The notes under the pieces were generated by a model. That model did no database searches, had not been told where the DNA came from, and saw only the letters and a program-made list of their open reading frames with translations. Shown piece after piece: positions 1 to 10,254 of a DNA stretch of 54,004 bases. Both the position numbers and the translations under genes were made by a program. Position 1 is the first letter of the stretch. The number at the start of each line of letters is the position of its first letter. The stretch is from an uncultured virus (IMG/VR IMGVR_UViG_3300030060_005186) (lineage: Duplodnaviria; Heunggongvirae; Uroviricota; Caudoviricetes): IMG/VR virus record IMGVR_UViG_3300030060_005186, one strand, 5' to 3'.

Positions 1-420
1 CTCGTCCTTTATCATGTCGTAGACGTTTCCGGCAGCCCTGAGTAGTTCATCTATATCGCAGCCGTCGACGACGCAACGAGTGGCATCTCCCACGAAAGCA
101 TACTTGCCACCGAACCAGTATCTTCTTGGGGAGAGTATGCTTCTCTTGGTGGGCGCAAGCAACTTGTAGGCTTGGCGGATGTCAGCCTTTCTGGCTTTCT
201 TGGGGTTGGGGTGGTTGGAAGGGTAGAAGTTCACCTTCGGTATCTCGATGTGTCGCTGCATAGCAGCGTCCTGCATCATGTTTTGGGCTTGAGCCATCTG
301 CTGCAACTGAGCAAGGGGCACCTGCGAGTTTGCTGCTAGGTGTACCATTTCTTGACTCGTCTGCGTTGCTAGAGGCTGCCCGGCAGTTTGTCCGAAAGGG
401 TTTATCGTGTTCATTACCAT
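1..420 (-). CDS. Hypothetical protein, Gln/Ala-rich N-terminus; partial (runs off window start)
   Basis: Not in ORF track. Manually translated open frame from ATG at 420: MVMNTINPFGQTAGQPLATQ...DMIKDE. GGTGAT RBS overlaps the GTPase stop. Confidence 0.8.
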   Translation of the reverse strand, partial: MVMNTINPFGQTAGQPLATQTSQEMVHLAANSQVPLAQLQQMAQAQNMMQDAAMQRHIEIPKVNFYPSNHPNPKKARKADIRQAYKLLAPTKRSILSPRRYWFGGKYAFVGDATRCVVDGCDIDELLRAAGNVYDMIKDE

Positions 421-424
421 TATA

Positions 425-1144
425 TCACCAACTGAGCATCTCGAGGAGGCTCTGCTCGACGTTCCACCCTATCTTGGTCGCCATCATGTTGACTCGGCAG
501 GGTATGCCTGCCTTTTGGAGTTTCACCATGGATTCCCTGTAAGGGTCGAATATGTTGTGCTCTCGGAGCCTCTTGGCCTGCCACAGGATGTTCGCGTTCT
601 GGTCCCACCACTTGTCGGCCTTGTTGGCGATTACCCATATCTGCTTTGGAGCGTATTTTCGCCCTTTCCACCAAGTCTTGAGGCTGCGATATCTCCAGTT
701 TCTCTCTATCAATGACTCTACGAGGTAGTCTAGTCCCCCCACTGCGTCTATTATGTCCGCATTCGAGCCACTCTTCCCTCTGTCGTCTATCAGGAATACT
801 ACTACTTCCACCTGTCTCTCGACCATGTCGTCGACCCACAGGTTCCAGAATCTCTGCTGCCCTCCGAGGTCTGCGGAGTGGATGACTCTTTTCTCTCCAT
901 GCCATCTCACTCTCTTTCTTGTAGCCTTGGGGAGTACGTGACCCCCTCCTACTAGGCGTGAAGTATGAGTCGTCCTTTCTTCTATGTCGGCCATTTCCCC
1001 CGGAGTCGTCATGTACCTGTCTAACGTAGTCTTTCCAACCATTGACGGCCCGTACACGCCAATCCTCCGTGGTTTCAGAAAGTTGTAGAGTTCCTTCCCG
1101 TACACCACCGCACCCATCAGTACTGAACCTGCTACTCCTACCAT
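425..1144 (-). CDS. Arf/Sar-like small GTPase (Ras superfamily)
   Basis: G1 GPSMVGKT, G2 Thr (ERTT), G3 DLGGQQRFWNLW (Arf-type DxGGQ...W), VFLID strand, G4 NKAD, G5-like MATKIGWNV; hydrophobic N-terminal extension. Confidence 0.88.
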   Translation of the reverse strand: MVGVAGSVLMGAVVYGKELYNFLKPRRIGVYGPSMVGKTTLDRYMTTPGEMADIEERTTHTSRLVGGGHVLPKATRKRVRWHGEKRVIHSADLGGQQRFWNLWVDDMVERQVEVVVFLIDDRGKSGSNADIIDAVGGLDYLVESLIERNWRYRSLKTWWKGRKYAPKQIWVIANKADKWWDQNANILWQAKRLREHNIFDPYRESMVKLQKAGIPCRVNMMATKIGWNVEQSLLEMLSW

Positions 1145-1152
1145 TCAATAAA

Positions 1153-1404
1153 TCACGTCCATGAGTTTACTTTCTCTTGAGCATATTCGATGAACCACTC
1201 TATCGTTCTGTTCCACACGCTGATATCGAGAGTCTTCTCGACGAAGGACGTGATGAAAACAGCACTGACAGTGAAAAGTAGAGTTCGAGCCCATCCCCAA
1301 CCATACTCGTAATAGTTGTCTAGGGTGTTTGCCATGTGCAACCCTCTCAGGGTCGCTTCGGTAGTGTCATCACTTGGAGTGTGAAACAGCCAACCCATAC
1401 TCAA
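1153..1404 (-). CDS. Small membrane protein
   Basis: One hydrophobic segment (TLLFTVSAVFITSFV); overlaps the upstream gene's stop. Confidence 0.65.
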   Translation of the reverse strand: MSMGWLFHTPSDDTTEATLRGLHMANTLDNYYEYGWGWARTLLFTVSAVFITSFVEKTLDISVWNRTIEWFIEYAQEKVNSWT

Positions 1405-1949
1405 GCCTTCTTGGAAGCAAACTTTCCACCCTTGTCACGAGTCTGGCCTTTATTACTCTGACTCTTGGTCACAGCCTTGCTCCCACCGAGGTCTATACCG
1501 CCTTTGTCCTCGGCTGCGTGTTGAGGTAGACTCGATTCGATACCATTCATTTCCAAATCGTTTTGATGCTCAAGCATGTTCAACTGCCTCATGAATTGGG
1601 CTTCCTGCAATTTCATCTCGACTTCCATCTGCTTGTTGGCCATGACTTGCTGCATGCCTTGCATCTTGCGAGCCCTGTCTCTGTCCATCCTTGCGAATGT
1701 CGCTCGATGGTCGAGGTTCTCCTGCATAAGCAGTTTGTAGAGAACGAAGGACATACCTTGGAGAGTGAAGGCCCCCATCGCGTAAGTCGCTGCATTTGTT
1801 CGGACGTCACCTTCTGTTCTGAGCCAAAGCCCTGCATCGAACACTGCGATTGCGGCGCCGACTAGTATGGATACGAAAGTTATCAGACCCAACACCCGTA
1901 TCTCATCAGTGTTGGAGTCGCTTGGTTGTAATGGCGGTAGGGACTGCAT
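1401..1949 (-). CDS. Membrane protein, 2 TM helices followed by a coiled coil
   Basis: Hydrophobic VLGLITFVSILVGAAIAVF and AMGAFTLQGMSFVLY, then a Q/M/E-rich helix; start moved to ATG 1949 (MQSLPP). Confidence 0.7.
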   Translation of the reverse strand: MQSLPPLQPSDSNTDEIRVLGLITFVSILVGAAIAVFDAGLWLRTEGDVRTNAATYAMGAFTLQGMSFVLYKLLMQENLDHRATFARMDRDRARKMQGMQQVMANKQMEVEMKLQEAQFMRQLNMLEHQNDLEMNGIESSLPQHAAEDKGGIDLGGSKAVTKSQSNKGQTRDKGGKFASKKA

Positions 1950-2076
1950 ACTCACTGTTCTCCTTGAGACCCGGACATACAACTAGCACATATACCCTCC
2001 TGTTGCAAGGTTGACCGTGTTATTGATTTTATCATGTTTTTCTCGTAAGAGAATATAGAAGATTATTATTACTGAA

Positions 2077-5000
2077 TTAAGCAAGATTCTTGAGAATTCT
2101 AAATGCGAAGTCTATTGGGTTGTCTGAGGAAGTGGACACTTCGTCATCAGATTCAGAGGGCTTTTCGGGGGGCTGTTCTGATGGACGAATGAATGCAGCA
2201 GGTGGTAAAGCAGCGTAAGCAGTAGTATCGGGCTTTTCGTCTGTCTCTCCCAGTTTCTCCCGCTCTTGCTCTTGCAATAACCTCGCGGTTGGTGTCCCGG
2301 TTGGTACGAACGCTCCTCTTCTCCTCGCAGCGAGTTGCTGTGCAGCCATATCTGCACCAGATGCGTCTCTTTCATCCATGGCATCTCGCGCAGCGCGAGT
2401 GGCTACGTTCCTGCCTCCCTGTCGTTGAGTTTCAGAGAGTCTTGGGTCCACTGGCTCTCCTGTGAGTTTCTCCTCCGCCCATGGAGACAGGCCCGGCCAA
2501 TCTGGATTCACGGCAGGAGCATCTGGGTCAAATTCGTTTCCACGAGTTGCTTTTCCATCGATTACCGCTTGCAATTCCCCCTCTCGTGAAGGAGTGTCTC
2601 CTACTCTTGGAGACATGAGGTCCGACGCTGAAGTGAAGGAGGGGTCTCTCACCGTCTCTGTCTTGTACGTCATTCCCTCTGGCAGTCGCACTTGCCTGTG
2701 GAGTTCCCTTGTCGAATTGGCATTGCTCTCTAAATCGGTTTGTATCTGCTGCAACTGCTCTTCATCGCCTGATTTCTTGGCAGAGTTATACGCCTTGTTC
2801 AATCTCCTGCGTTCTTGGTCGAGGCTCGCTTGCTCGCGTGACATCTCCAGCATGTCCAGTTCTGAGAAGTTAGGTGGTGCCATGAACCAATCTCGGTCAG
2901 ACAGGTCTGCCTCTGATAGGTTTATGCCGTGATGGAACAGAGCGATGCGGTCTTGCAACCCTCGTATCTGCTCTTCTGTCAAATCGATATCTCCAGTGTG
3001 GTACATGCGTAGCAGTTTGGTTGGGTCCCACTGCACCATTTCCTCGAAATGCCTTTGCAGACCAGAACTGATGTTCTTCTGATGATGGTTTATCATGCCA
3101 CCGGGATGTGGAGTCCATTCTACGACGGTTTCCCCCTCTCCTTCTTCTGCGCCCATCACTCTGCTCGGGATTTGAGCGCCTGTCTGGGTCCCTCGAGTAG
3201 CAGCCAAGGCCAGTGATATGGTGAAGTAGGGATTGCGGAAGGTGTTGTCTCCTTCTTCCTCTGGCTGGCTGGTCAAGGACATGGGTTCTGCTCTCAACTC
3301 GTAGAAGGTGTCATCGCTCTCGCCTTGGTACTCTAGGCTCCTCTTTCCAGACTCGGGGTCATCCCACGCGTAATTGTGGTTGTCCATCAGTTTGTTGCCG
3401 TAGGAGTTTACTGAGAAGAGAGGGTGGTACGCATAGCCTGAAGACCTGATTGTGTCTTTCGGTCTATCGAAGAGTGCATTGTAGGCGCTTTGCAAATCAG
3501 TAACCTCTTGGCTAGTGCTTCCTTTCTCCTTTATGGCCTTGCTTATCTTCTCCTCCAAGTCCGCGTGCTCTTTGTGCCATGCTTCACTGTACTCCATTTC
3601 CTTGATACGATGCGCTAAAGGCTCTGATTCCAAGACATCGAAGAGCGAATCTGCGTCCCAAGGAACGTCCTCTGTGACTATGTTCCCATACTCGTCACGT
3701 GTTCGTTGAGGGATGCTATCGAGTTCTGAGAGTTGCTTGTACAGCCAGTCTGGACCATAGCCTTGCTCTTCAAGACCTCTCTGAGAGAGAAGAGCGACGT
3801 CTTGAGTGGACATGCCCAACTTATCGGCTATGGCGTGAACGGGGTCTAGGAATTGCTCTAGTCTGTCTCTCAACACGGATAGAATCTCCTGACGGTTCAG
3901 GAGCCTGTCGAGTTTCTGCTGTTGCTCCTTGCTTGCTAGTGGATTCTCTATCCCTGTCTTCTCGGAGAACCTGTCTGCTGCCATCTCCATGACGCTCTGA
4001 TTGCCTAGCCGAGGGACTACCCACTCGTCGTCGAAGTATATCTCATCAGCGTATGGCTTTCCTGTTATCGGATTGATGTCATCCTCATTGACGACGCTGT
4101 GCGGCCCTTTGACTTTGAGAACGGAGTACCTGCAGTCCTCCTTGATTCTCGCAGCCTGCTCTCTCTCCTCAGGTGAGGAATTGGGGTCATTCAGTATCAT
4201 TTGTGCCTGTTCGGAGGCTTCGACCATCTGTCGTATCTCAGACTGGTAATCGAACGGGGAACCCTTGAACTGCGAGTTCATGTCAGAGGTTTCCGACGTG
4301 AGCATATCGGACAGTTTCTCCGCGAAGCCTTCCAAGTCGTCAGGGAAATCCAAGTCGAACTCACCACTCAGTCTCTCCGAGAGCAGGTACCCCTCATCAC
4401 CGAGGGAACTGGTATGCATGAGAATAGGTTTCAGAGTCGACATCAGGCTGCCCTTCGCTAATTCCCAAGCCTTCTCATCGGTCATATGAGCATGGGAAGG
4501 GCTTGAGAGCAATTCTTGGTAGGCCTCTGTCTCCGCATCGTCTTCTCTCATGGCTATTATGTCCTTCATGAGCGCTATGCGTTCTTTTGCGCTTTCAATC
4601 ATGAAGTCACGACGCAGTTGGGTCTGCCACCAGTTCTCTTCCGGTAGTGCGTGCTCCTCGAACCAGCCATCGTCACGGAGTTCTGCTAATTCGCTCTGTA
4701 GTTTTTCTATGGCTTGATTAGTCTGTGTGTTAGCGAGTCGCGTGGCTTTCTTCCACTCTCCTACTTTACCTGCGTTAGACGGGTGGTGCATTGCATAGGA
4801 GCGCAATTCCTCCATGAGAGCAGTGAGTTTGTACACTCTTTCCGCTTGTTTCAAAGCGTTTGCAGTATCGTCATCCCAAGGGGGAGTCAAGTAGCCTGCT
4901 ATTCCGCTTATCCACTGATAGGGCGATGAATCTAGCGTCTTCCACCTACGACCGCCCTTCAGTGTATTCTGCTGGGCTGCAAAGCGTTGAGATTGCGAGT

Positions 5001-8000
5001 AGTCCTCCTTGGCCGCGGATGTCTGCCTTCTCCACCCTCTCTGACTGACTCTGTGCTGCATTCTCGCCTGCCACTCGGAAAGGGAGTCCATCTTGCCACC
5101 TGTCAGTAAGTCATAGGCCTTCCTAAACTGCGAGAGGTAACCCTTGAGAGCGTCAGGGTCCTCGTTCCAACTTGGCAGATTGAGCGCCTCGAGTTTCTCA
5201 GCGTACTCATCCATATCCTTCTTCACGCTGTCCAGATACCTCTTTTTGGTCTCCTCTTCAGTCAACCCCCTTCTATCTCCTTCTGCGAGAATCTCATCCT
5301 GCATGTGCTTTGGGTAGATGTCCCATCCCCAGTCCTTTCTGCTGAAGTACCTGTTCAGGGGGAGTGTTTTACCCATCTTGTGAGTGTGCTCTAGTCCCTC
5401 TATCATCTGACGCAGTACGTACTCGTCTCTTGTCCTCAGCCTGTCATCGCTGCTTTCCATGTATGCGCTTCGATTGACATCGTCCTTGATTGACTTCTCG
5501 TACTTGGCCTCGCTAGCAGAGGCTCTAGCAGCCCTTGCGGTTCGCACGTGTCGATATGGGTCTCCAGTAGCGAGGTTCGATGGCGGGGTCCTGTCTCCGA
5601 GCAGACCTTTCCTGTCTTCCCTCAATTTCTCCGCTCTCAGTTTCTCTAGGTCTGTGTCCTCATCGAGTAACTCGTCTAACTTGTTCTCTTCGATGAAGGA
5701 TATCATGCTCTGTCCTAGTCTGGGCGTGGGGTTAGTCCCCGGATACATGGCTGCTATTCGCGCTGCTTCGTTTTGCATGTGCCTCTCTATCACGGGTATT
5801 ATCATGTGTTGGAACGAGTCTTCCATCCCCTCTGGGAGCAAAGAGATGCTATCACCGTCACAGGAGTTGCAGACCCCCTTGCTATCGCAGTAGGGACAGG
5901 AGTAACGTAGGTTCTTGACTCCCACGTTGTCACTCGGTGTTCCCGAGAATCGTGCTTCTCTGCGTGCTTGCTCCTTCCACCCCTCTTCGGAGTCTCCGTA
6001 ATGCCGTATAGTCCCATCATCCAGCGCCTTCTCTATGGCTCGCATCTCCTCATTTTCGTCATTCGCTCCCTCGGGAGATATCCCCCCTTCGTATATCAGG
6101 TACTGCCTCATGGCGTCGTAACTGATGTGCCCGTCTCCAGCGCATGAGAGACCTATCGGCCCGCTGCATCGCGTTTTTCCTCCAGTGACGTTGTTAGGGC
6201 CTTGGTTGTTCGTGGTGTACATCAACTCTCCATCTGGGGACAACTCGACACCGAACATCTTCCTCATGCGCTCCAATCTGGTCTTGGGATTCACGAGGCA
6301 GTCGAGAACGTCGTAACTGATGCTGTCGAACAACTGCGATAGAGCGTCGTTGAATTGGAAAGCGTGAGTGGTGTATATCGGGTCACCATTGTCGTTCAAC
6401 TCGAAGGGGTCGAATCCTAGCCCCTTTCCGTCTACTCTGGAGAGCATGTCCCATGCATACTTGACAATCTCCTCGTAAGCGGTCGGTTGGTTGAGGAAGT
6501 CAGGGCTCAACCATCGAGCAAGCGTTTCCCCATCAGGCCCTATATTTCCCTCTGCATTCTGCACCCCATTTATCAGAGGGAGAGTAATCCAATCGGGAAG
6601 TGCTCCTGTAAGAACCTGATTCATGTAGGTCTTTATCTGTTCCTTCGCCTCAGGCGTCATAGTGTCGTCGGCGTCTATGTGATGTGGTAGCCCCTTGGAA
6701 AACAGGACATTGGCGATGGGGAACATCTCATAAGGCTGAACGTGCCCGACGCTATTCGCTACGGGAGTCCCGTACAAGTTCCTCATTCTCAAGTCCAGCG
6801 TGTTCGTGTACGCATTGGTGTTGCGTAGCACTTCCAGTATGACATTAGGGGTCATGACCGGGCCGTCTTCCCCGAGGTGAGGAGTCTCACCTAAAGTACG
6901 CCCGAACTCATCCACCCATTTTCCAGTGTCAAAGTCGTATCTCTCTCGAGACCGTCGCTTTCTGTTGCCGGAGCGAGCGTCAACCACTCTCTTCGCATCG
7001 AATATGGTCTTCTTGGGCTCCACCTTCTCCTGATAGACAGGCCCACGGCCCCCTATCACTCTCAACGCAGGGACTTCCCTCTGCACTGTCTTCCCTTCTT
7101 TCGGGTCGTACCTAGGCTCTGACATCGTCATGCGAACTGTCCCGTCGTCGTTTCTGGCCATCGCTGTCTGCTCGGCCTCATTCAGTAAGTCTCGGGCCCA
7201 TCTGGTCGTTTTCGGCTTGACTGGAGACGTTCTCTCATCCATCTCGAACTGCGAAGTGCGTTCTTCGCCCGATACAGTGGGTTCGTCTCTGGTCATGTGC
7301 CCCAGTTCATCCACTAGCGTTGCGAGCGTTACATGCTGCTCGTATATGCCTCCATCGCTCTCGTCTTGCAGCAGCATTCTCAGGTCATCGGGCTCCATAT
7401 CGAACTTCTTCGCTAGAGCCTTCATCTTCTTGCCGTACTTCCAGCCTGTGGGAGTCTTCGTGGTAGTGACACCGGGGTACTTGCCGAGTATCGTCGCTTC
7501 TTGCGAGACGCCCGGTGCGAAGATATCACTGATTAGGTTGGTGCTTATCCGCCCATCATCATCTAGCATGCCCGGTTTGAGTGTCGGGGAGTCAGTCCGC
7601 ATTCCCGGCAGGAAATAGTCGAAGGGGGTATCGAACATCGACGTCATGGCTTGCATGCCAGTAGCAGGGGCTAAGCCTCCTCCCGGTCTTCTCATCAGCA
7701 ATCCAGCCTTGTCATCGTGGCTCCAATTGCTCTTCAACTTGTAGTCATACTCTGGAGTGCAATCCAACAGCGCCTCGTACATCATCATCAGACGCTTGTA
7801 CAAGTCAGTCTCTGTAGAACACCATTTCGCCATCTTATCGGAAGCCCCGAGTTCCTTCCAGTGGTCCTCCGTGACCTGTCCGCTCACTTTCCCATCCTCT
7901 TCTACGTCAAATAGATTGAGGAGGACACTCTGAGCGTACTTGAGGTACTCTATGCGGTCCGTGTAGTCATGGCTGGAGGTTTGCTTCTTTCTCCAGTCTG

Positions 8001-10218
8001 GGAGTGTGTCCCCCTCCTGCTCTGAGAACGTCGCTTGCATTCTCTTCTCGAAGTCACCATAGGGCATGCGGACCAAGGCTCTCTGCTGCCTAGCACTGCC
8101 CATCTCCTTCCTGCTGATGAGGTTCATGGTGGCGTAGAGTTTCTCCTTGGTGTCTTGCAACTCCTCAGACTTGGGCAGGGTGAAACTGTGGTACACGTGC
8201 TCGGCGTCATCCAAATCGAACGCCTCTGAGTAGTCTGCTAGTGAGAATTGCGGGTCCAACTCCTGCCCTAGTTGCTCTATCTCCTGATACAAGGCCATCG
8301 CCTCACCGCTAGACAGATTCGGGTCTCTCTGCAAGGCTCTCAGTTCAGCAAGGCGGTTTCTTCTGTCCTTCTGCGCGTACTTGAGTCGATTCATCTCCTC
8401 TCTGTGGGACATCTCTATAGCGTCGATTGTCTGTCTCATGCCCCTAGATTCAATGTGACCTTGGTCGTAGTTGGGGTGATGCAACGAGAAGCCCGTCCTT
8501 CTGCTAGCAAGCAACTCACTAGGGCTGCCTTCGCCACACATGCCGCACGAACAACCACCTCCGTGACGCCCGTTCCACGAGGAGACGAGGTTGTTCATCA
8601 GGATTCGATTGAATGCCATTTCCTCTCCCCCTTGGCCCATAACCCCTCCTCGCTCTCGCGTGACAACGCTATCCAGAAGGTCCTGCAACTGCTTTTTCCT
8701 ACTGTCCTGAGGTGCAGGTCGCCCCTCATCATCGATTAGGTCTTGGTTCTGGCTGAGTATCTCCCTTATGGCTTGCACGAAGTGAGACTTGTCGAAGGAA
8801 TCAGTCAGTCCCAAATCCCGTTTGAAATCGAGCAAGCGCTCTCCATCGGTCTCTAGCAACTCGTCTGCATCGAAGTAATTGCCCTTGCCCCAGTATGACA
8901 AGTCGAATATCTGGGGCGGGTATGAAGCGAATCCATGGGAGACTCCGATTCTGTTGTCCTCGTCGCCCATCTGGGCTATCCCCTTGGTATTCGGTAGGTT
9001 TCCCTCGTCTAGAATCTGCCTGAAAAGCCTCTCGTCCTTGTTCTTCTGCCTGTGTATCTGATAGGAGCGTGCAGGCTGTATCACCGTAGCCTCTAGGTAG
9101 TCCATCGCTTGCGTCATGGCTGCCATCAGCCTGCCTCGCAATGCCCCTTGGTTGACTTTACTGAATCTCCTCTCCCCCTCCTCTTCAAAACTGGTTTGCA
9201 ACCGCTCTATCTCAGCCTCTACGGCTGCGAGGTTCTGCGGGTTGCCGCGCTGCTCCCTCCTCTGTGCTCGAAGGCGGTCTAACTCGTCAAAACGGTCTAC
9301 CTCGTCGAACTCGTCGAGATGGCTCCCTAGGGCCTCTGCCAGTTCCGGGTCCATGACGAACATGGGCATGATTCGGGCCATCTGGTCCAAGATGTGCCTC
9401 TCTCCCAAGCCCGGAGGCAGGTCACGAGCGAATTTCTTCAGTATTATCCTAGCCTGCTTCTCCTCCTCTCGCAATCTCTCCAACTGCTCTTGCCGCTCTG
9501 GAGCATCCAAGCCCGGCCTAGGAAGCCAAACCATGTTCTTGTTTCTATCTACATCCCACTTGAACAACTTGTGCCTGCGCCAGAGGTATCTCCTCAACTG
9601 GGCTTGGGGGTCCCTCCAGTTGTAACGCATTCCCTTGTCCTTGTCGAGTACGTTGGATATCTCACCCGCCTTCAGGAGGAACGCCCCTTCTATGAAGGTC
9701 CTCATCTCAGAGGAGAGGCTGTCATACCCACTCTTGAGACTGTCCTGTATGCTTTCCAGCACTTTGATTTCTTGGTCGTCAGGCTCGTTGGACAACACTG
9801 GCGAATCGCCGTATATCTGGCTCCTCTCCTTGGATAGGTTCTGCCTGCCTCCCACTATCCTAGTGGCTTGCTTCGCCATTGCATCTATCCGGTTGTCTAT
9901 GTCGTACATCTCCATGCGTCGCTCTTGAATCTCATCGCCCTGCGTCGGGTCCAACTCAGAGATTTCCTCTTCCAGTTTCTTCTTTCTACTTTGCAACTGC
10001 TCTAGTTCATTGGAGGTTATTGTCTGGAATTGGTCTAGGAAAGCGTCCTCAATGCTAGTGAATTCGGCTTTCTCTTTCTTCTTGCCTTCTAGAAGGTCCT
10101 CAGGGTCGCTAATACCTTGCTCTTCGAGGTCCGCTTCGTACTCCTCGAACTCCTTCTCCTTCTCTTCGTCCGTTTTGTCCTTCTTGAGAACAGACCACCA
10201 TGTCTTACGACCGGACAC
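2077..10218 (-). CDS. Giant acidic protein (2713 aa), possibly an internal virion/ejected protein
   Basis: Uninterrupted 8.1-kb ORF; coiled-coil stretches and Cys clusters (CSCGMC, CPYCDSKGVCNSCDGD); no catalytic family recognised. Confidence 0.6.
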   Translation of the reverse strand: MSGRKTWWSVLKKDKTDEEKEKEFEEYEADLEEQGISDPEDLLEGKKKEKAEFTSIEDAFLDQFQTITSNELEQLQSRKKKLEEEISELDPTQGDEIQERRMEMYDIDNRIDAMAKQATRIVGGRQNLSKERSQIYGDSPVLSNEPDDQEIKVLESIQDSLKSGYDSLSSEMRTFIEGAFLLKAGEISNVLDKDKGMRYNWRDPQAQLRRYLWRRHKLFKWDVDRNKNMVWLPRPGLDAPERQEQLERLREEEKQARIILKKFARDLPPGLGERHILDQMARIMPMFVMDPELAEALGSHLDEFDEVDRFDELDRLRAQRREQRGNPQNLAAVEAEIERLQTSFEEEGERRFSKVNQGALRGRLMAAMTQAMDYLEATVIQPARSYQIHRQKNKDERLFRQILDEGNLPNTKGIAQMGDEDNRIGVSHGFASYPPQIFDLSYWGKGNYFDADELLETDGERLLDFKRDLGLTDSFDKSHFVQAIREILSQNQDLIDDEGRPAPQDSRKKQLQDLLDSVVTRERGGVMGQGGEEMAFNRILMNNLVSSWNGRHGGGCSCGMCGEGSPSELLASRRTGFSLHHPNYDQGHIESRGMRQTIDAIEMSHREEMNRLKYAQKDRRNRLAELRALQRDPNLSSGEAMALYQEIEQLGQELDPQFSLADYSEAFDLDDAEHVYHSFTLPKSEELQDTKEKLYATMNLISRKEMGSARQQRALVRMPYGDFEKRMQATFSEQEGDTLPDWRKKQTSSHDYTDRIEYLKYAQSVLLNLFDVEEDGKVSGQVTEDHWKELGASDKMAKWCSTETDLYKRLMMMYEALLDCTPEYDYKLKSNWSHDDKAGLLMRRPGGGLAPATGMQAMTSMFDTPFDYFLPGMRTDSPTLKPGMLDDDGRISTNLISDIFAPGVSQEATILGKYPGVTTTKTPTGWKYGKKMKALAKKFDMEPDDLRMLLQDESDGGIYEQHVTLATLVDELGHMTRDEPTVSGEERTSQFEMDERTSPVKPKTTRWARDLLNEAEQTAMARNDDGTVRMTMSEPRYDPKEGKTVQREVPALRVIGGRGPVYQEKVEPKKTIFDAKRVVDARSGNRKRRSRERYDFDTGKWVDEFGRTLGETPHLGEDGPVMTPNVILEVLRNTNAYTNTLDLRMRNLYGTPVANSVGHVQPYEMFPIANVLFSKGLPHHIDADDTMTPEAKEQIKTYMNQVLTGALPDWITLPLINGVQNAEGNIGPDGETLARWLSPDFLNQPTAYEEIVKYAWDMLSRVDGKGLGFDPFELNDNGDPIYTTHAFQFNDALSQLFDSISYDVLDCLVNPKTRLERMRKMFGVELSPDGELMYTTNNQGPNNVTGGKTRCSGPIGLSCAGDGHISYDAMRQYLIYEGGISPEGANDENEEMRAIEKALDDGTIRHYGDSEEGWKEQARREARFSGTPSDNVGVKNLRYSCPYCDSKGVCNSCDGDSISLLPEGMEDSFQHMIIPVIERHMQNEAARIAAMYPGTNPTPRLGQSMISFIEENKLDELLDEDTDLEKLRAEKLREDRKGLLGDRTPPSNLATGDPYRHVRTARAARASASEAKYEKSIKDDVNRSAYMESSDDRLRTRDEYVLRQMIEGLEHTHKMGKTLPLNRYFSRKDWGWDIYPKHMQDEILAEGDRRGLTEEETKKRYLDSVKKDMDEYAEKLEALNLPSWNEDPDALKGYLSQFRKAYDLLTGGKMDSLSEWQARMQHRVSQRGWRRQTSAAKEDYSQSQRFAAQQNTLKGGRRWKTLDSSPYQWISGIAGYLTPPWDDDTANALKQAERVYKLTALMEELRSYAMHHPSNAGKVGEWKKATRLANTQTNQAIEKLQSELAELRDDGWFEEHALPEENWWQTQLRRDFMIESAKERIALMKDIIAMREDDAETEAYQELLSSPSHAHMTDEKAWELAKGSLMSTLKPILMHTSSLGDEGYLLSERLSGEFDLDFPDDLEGFAEKLSDMLTSETSDMNSQFKGSPFDYQSEIRQMVEASEQAQMILNDPNSSPEEREQAARIKEDCRYSVLKVKGPHSVVNEDDINPITGKPYADEIYFDDEWVVPRLGNQSVMEMAADRFSEKTGIENPLASKEQQQKLDRLLNRQEILSVLRDRLEQFLDPVHAIADKLGMSTQDVALLSQRGLEEQGYGPDWLYKQLSELDSIPQRTRDEYGNIVTEDVPWDADSLFDVLESEPLAHRIKEMEYSEAWHKEHADLEEKISKAIKEKGSTSQEVTDLQSAYNALFDRPKDTIRSSGYAYHPLFSVNSYGNKLMDNHNYAWDDPESGKRSLEYQGESDDTFYELRAEPMSLTSQPEEEGDNTFRNPYFTISLALAATRGTQTGAQIPSRVMGAEEGEGETVVEWTPHPGGMINHHQKNISSGLQRHFEEMVQWDPTKLLRMYHTGDIDLTEEQIRGLQDRIALFHHGINLSEADLSDRDWFMAPPNFSELDMLEMSREQASLDQERRRLNKAYNSAKKSGDEEQLQQIQTDLESNANSTRELHRQVRLPEGMTYKTETVRDPSFTSASDLMSPRVGDTPSREGELQAVIDGKATRGNEFDPDAPAVNPDWPGLSPWAEEKLTGEPVDPRLSETQRQGGRNVATRAARDAMDERDASGADMAAQQLAARRRGAFVPTGTPTARLLQEQEREKLGETDEKPDTTAYAALPPAAFIRPSEQPPEKPSESDDEVSTSSDNPIDFAFRILKNLA

Positions 10219-10254
10219 GTCTATCCCAAAGAGGCTCAGACTAAGAGATTTTGG

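Noticed and set aside
420..1148. 242-aa alternative-frame ORF overlapping the GTPase, and the many antisense ORFs in the track
   Set aside because: Shadow frames of motif-bearing genes; no RBS or recognisable protein features
2077..10218. Giant protein as a virion RNA polymerase or tape measure
   Set aside because: No DxDGD or single-subunit RNAP motifs, and no tape-measure repeat periodicity or TM segments seen
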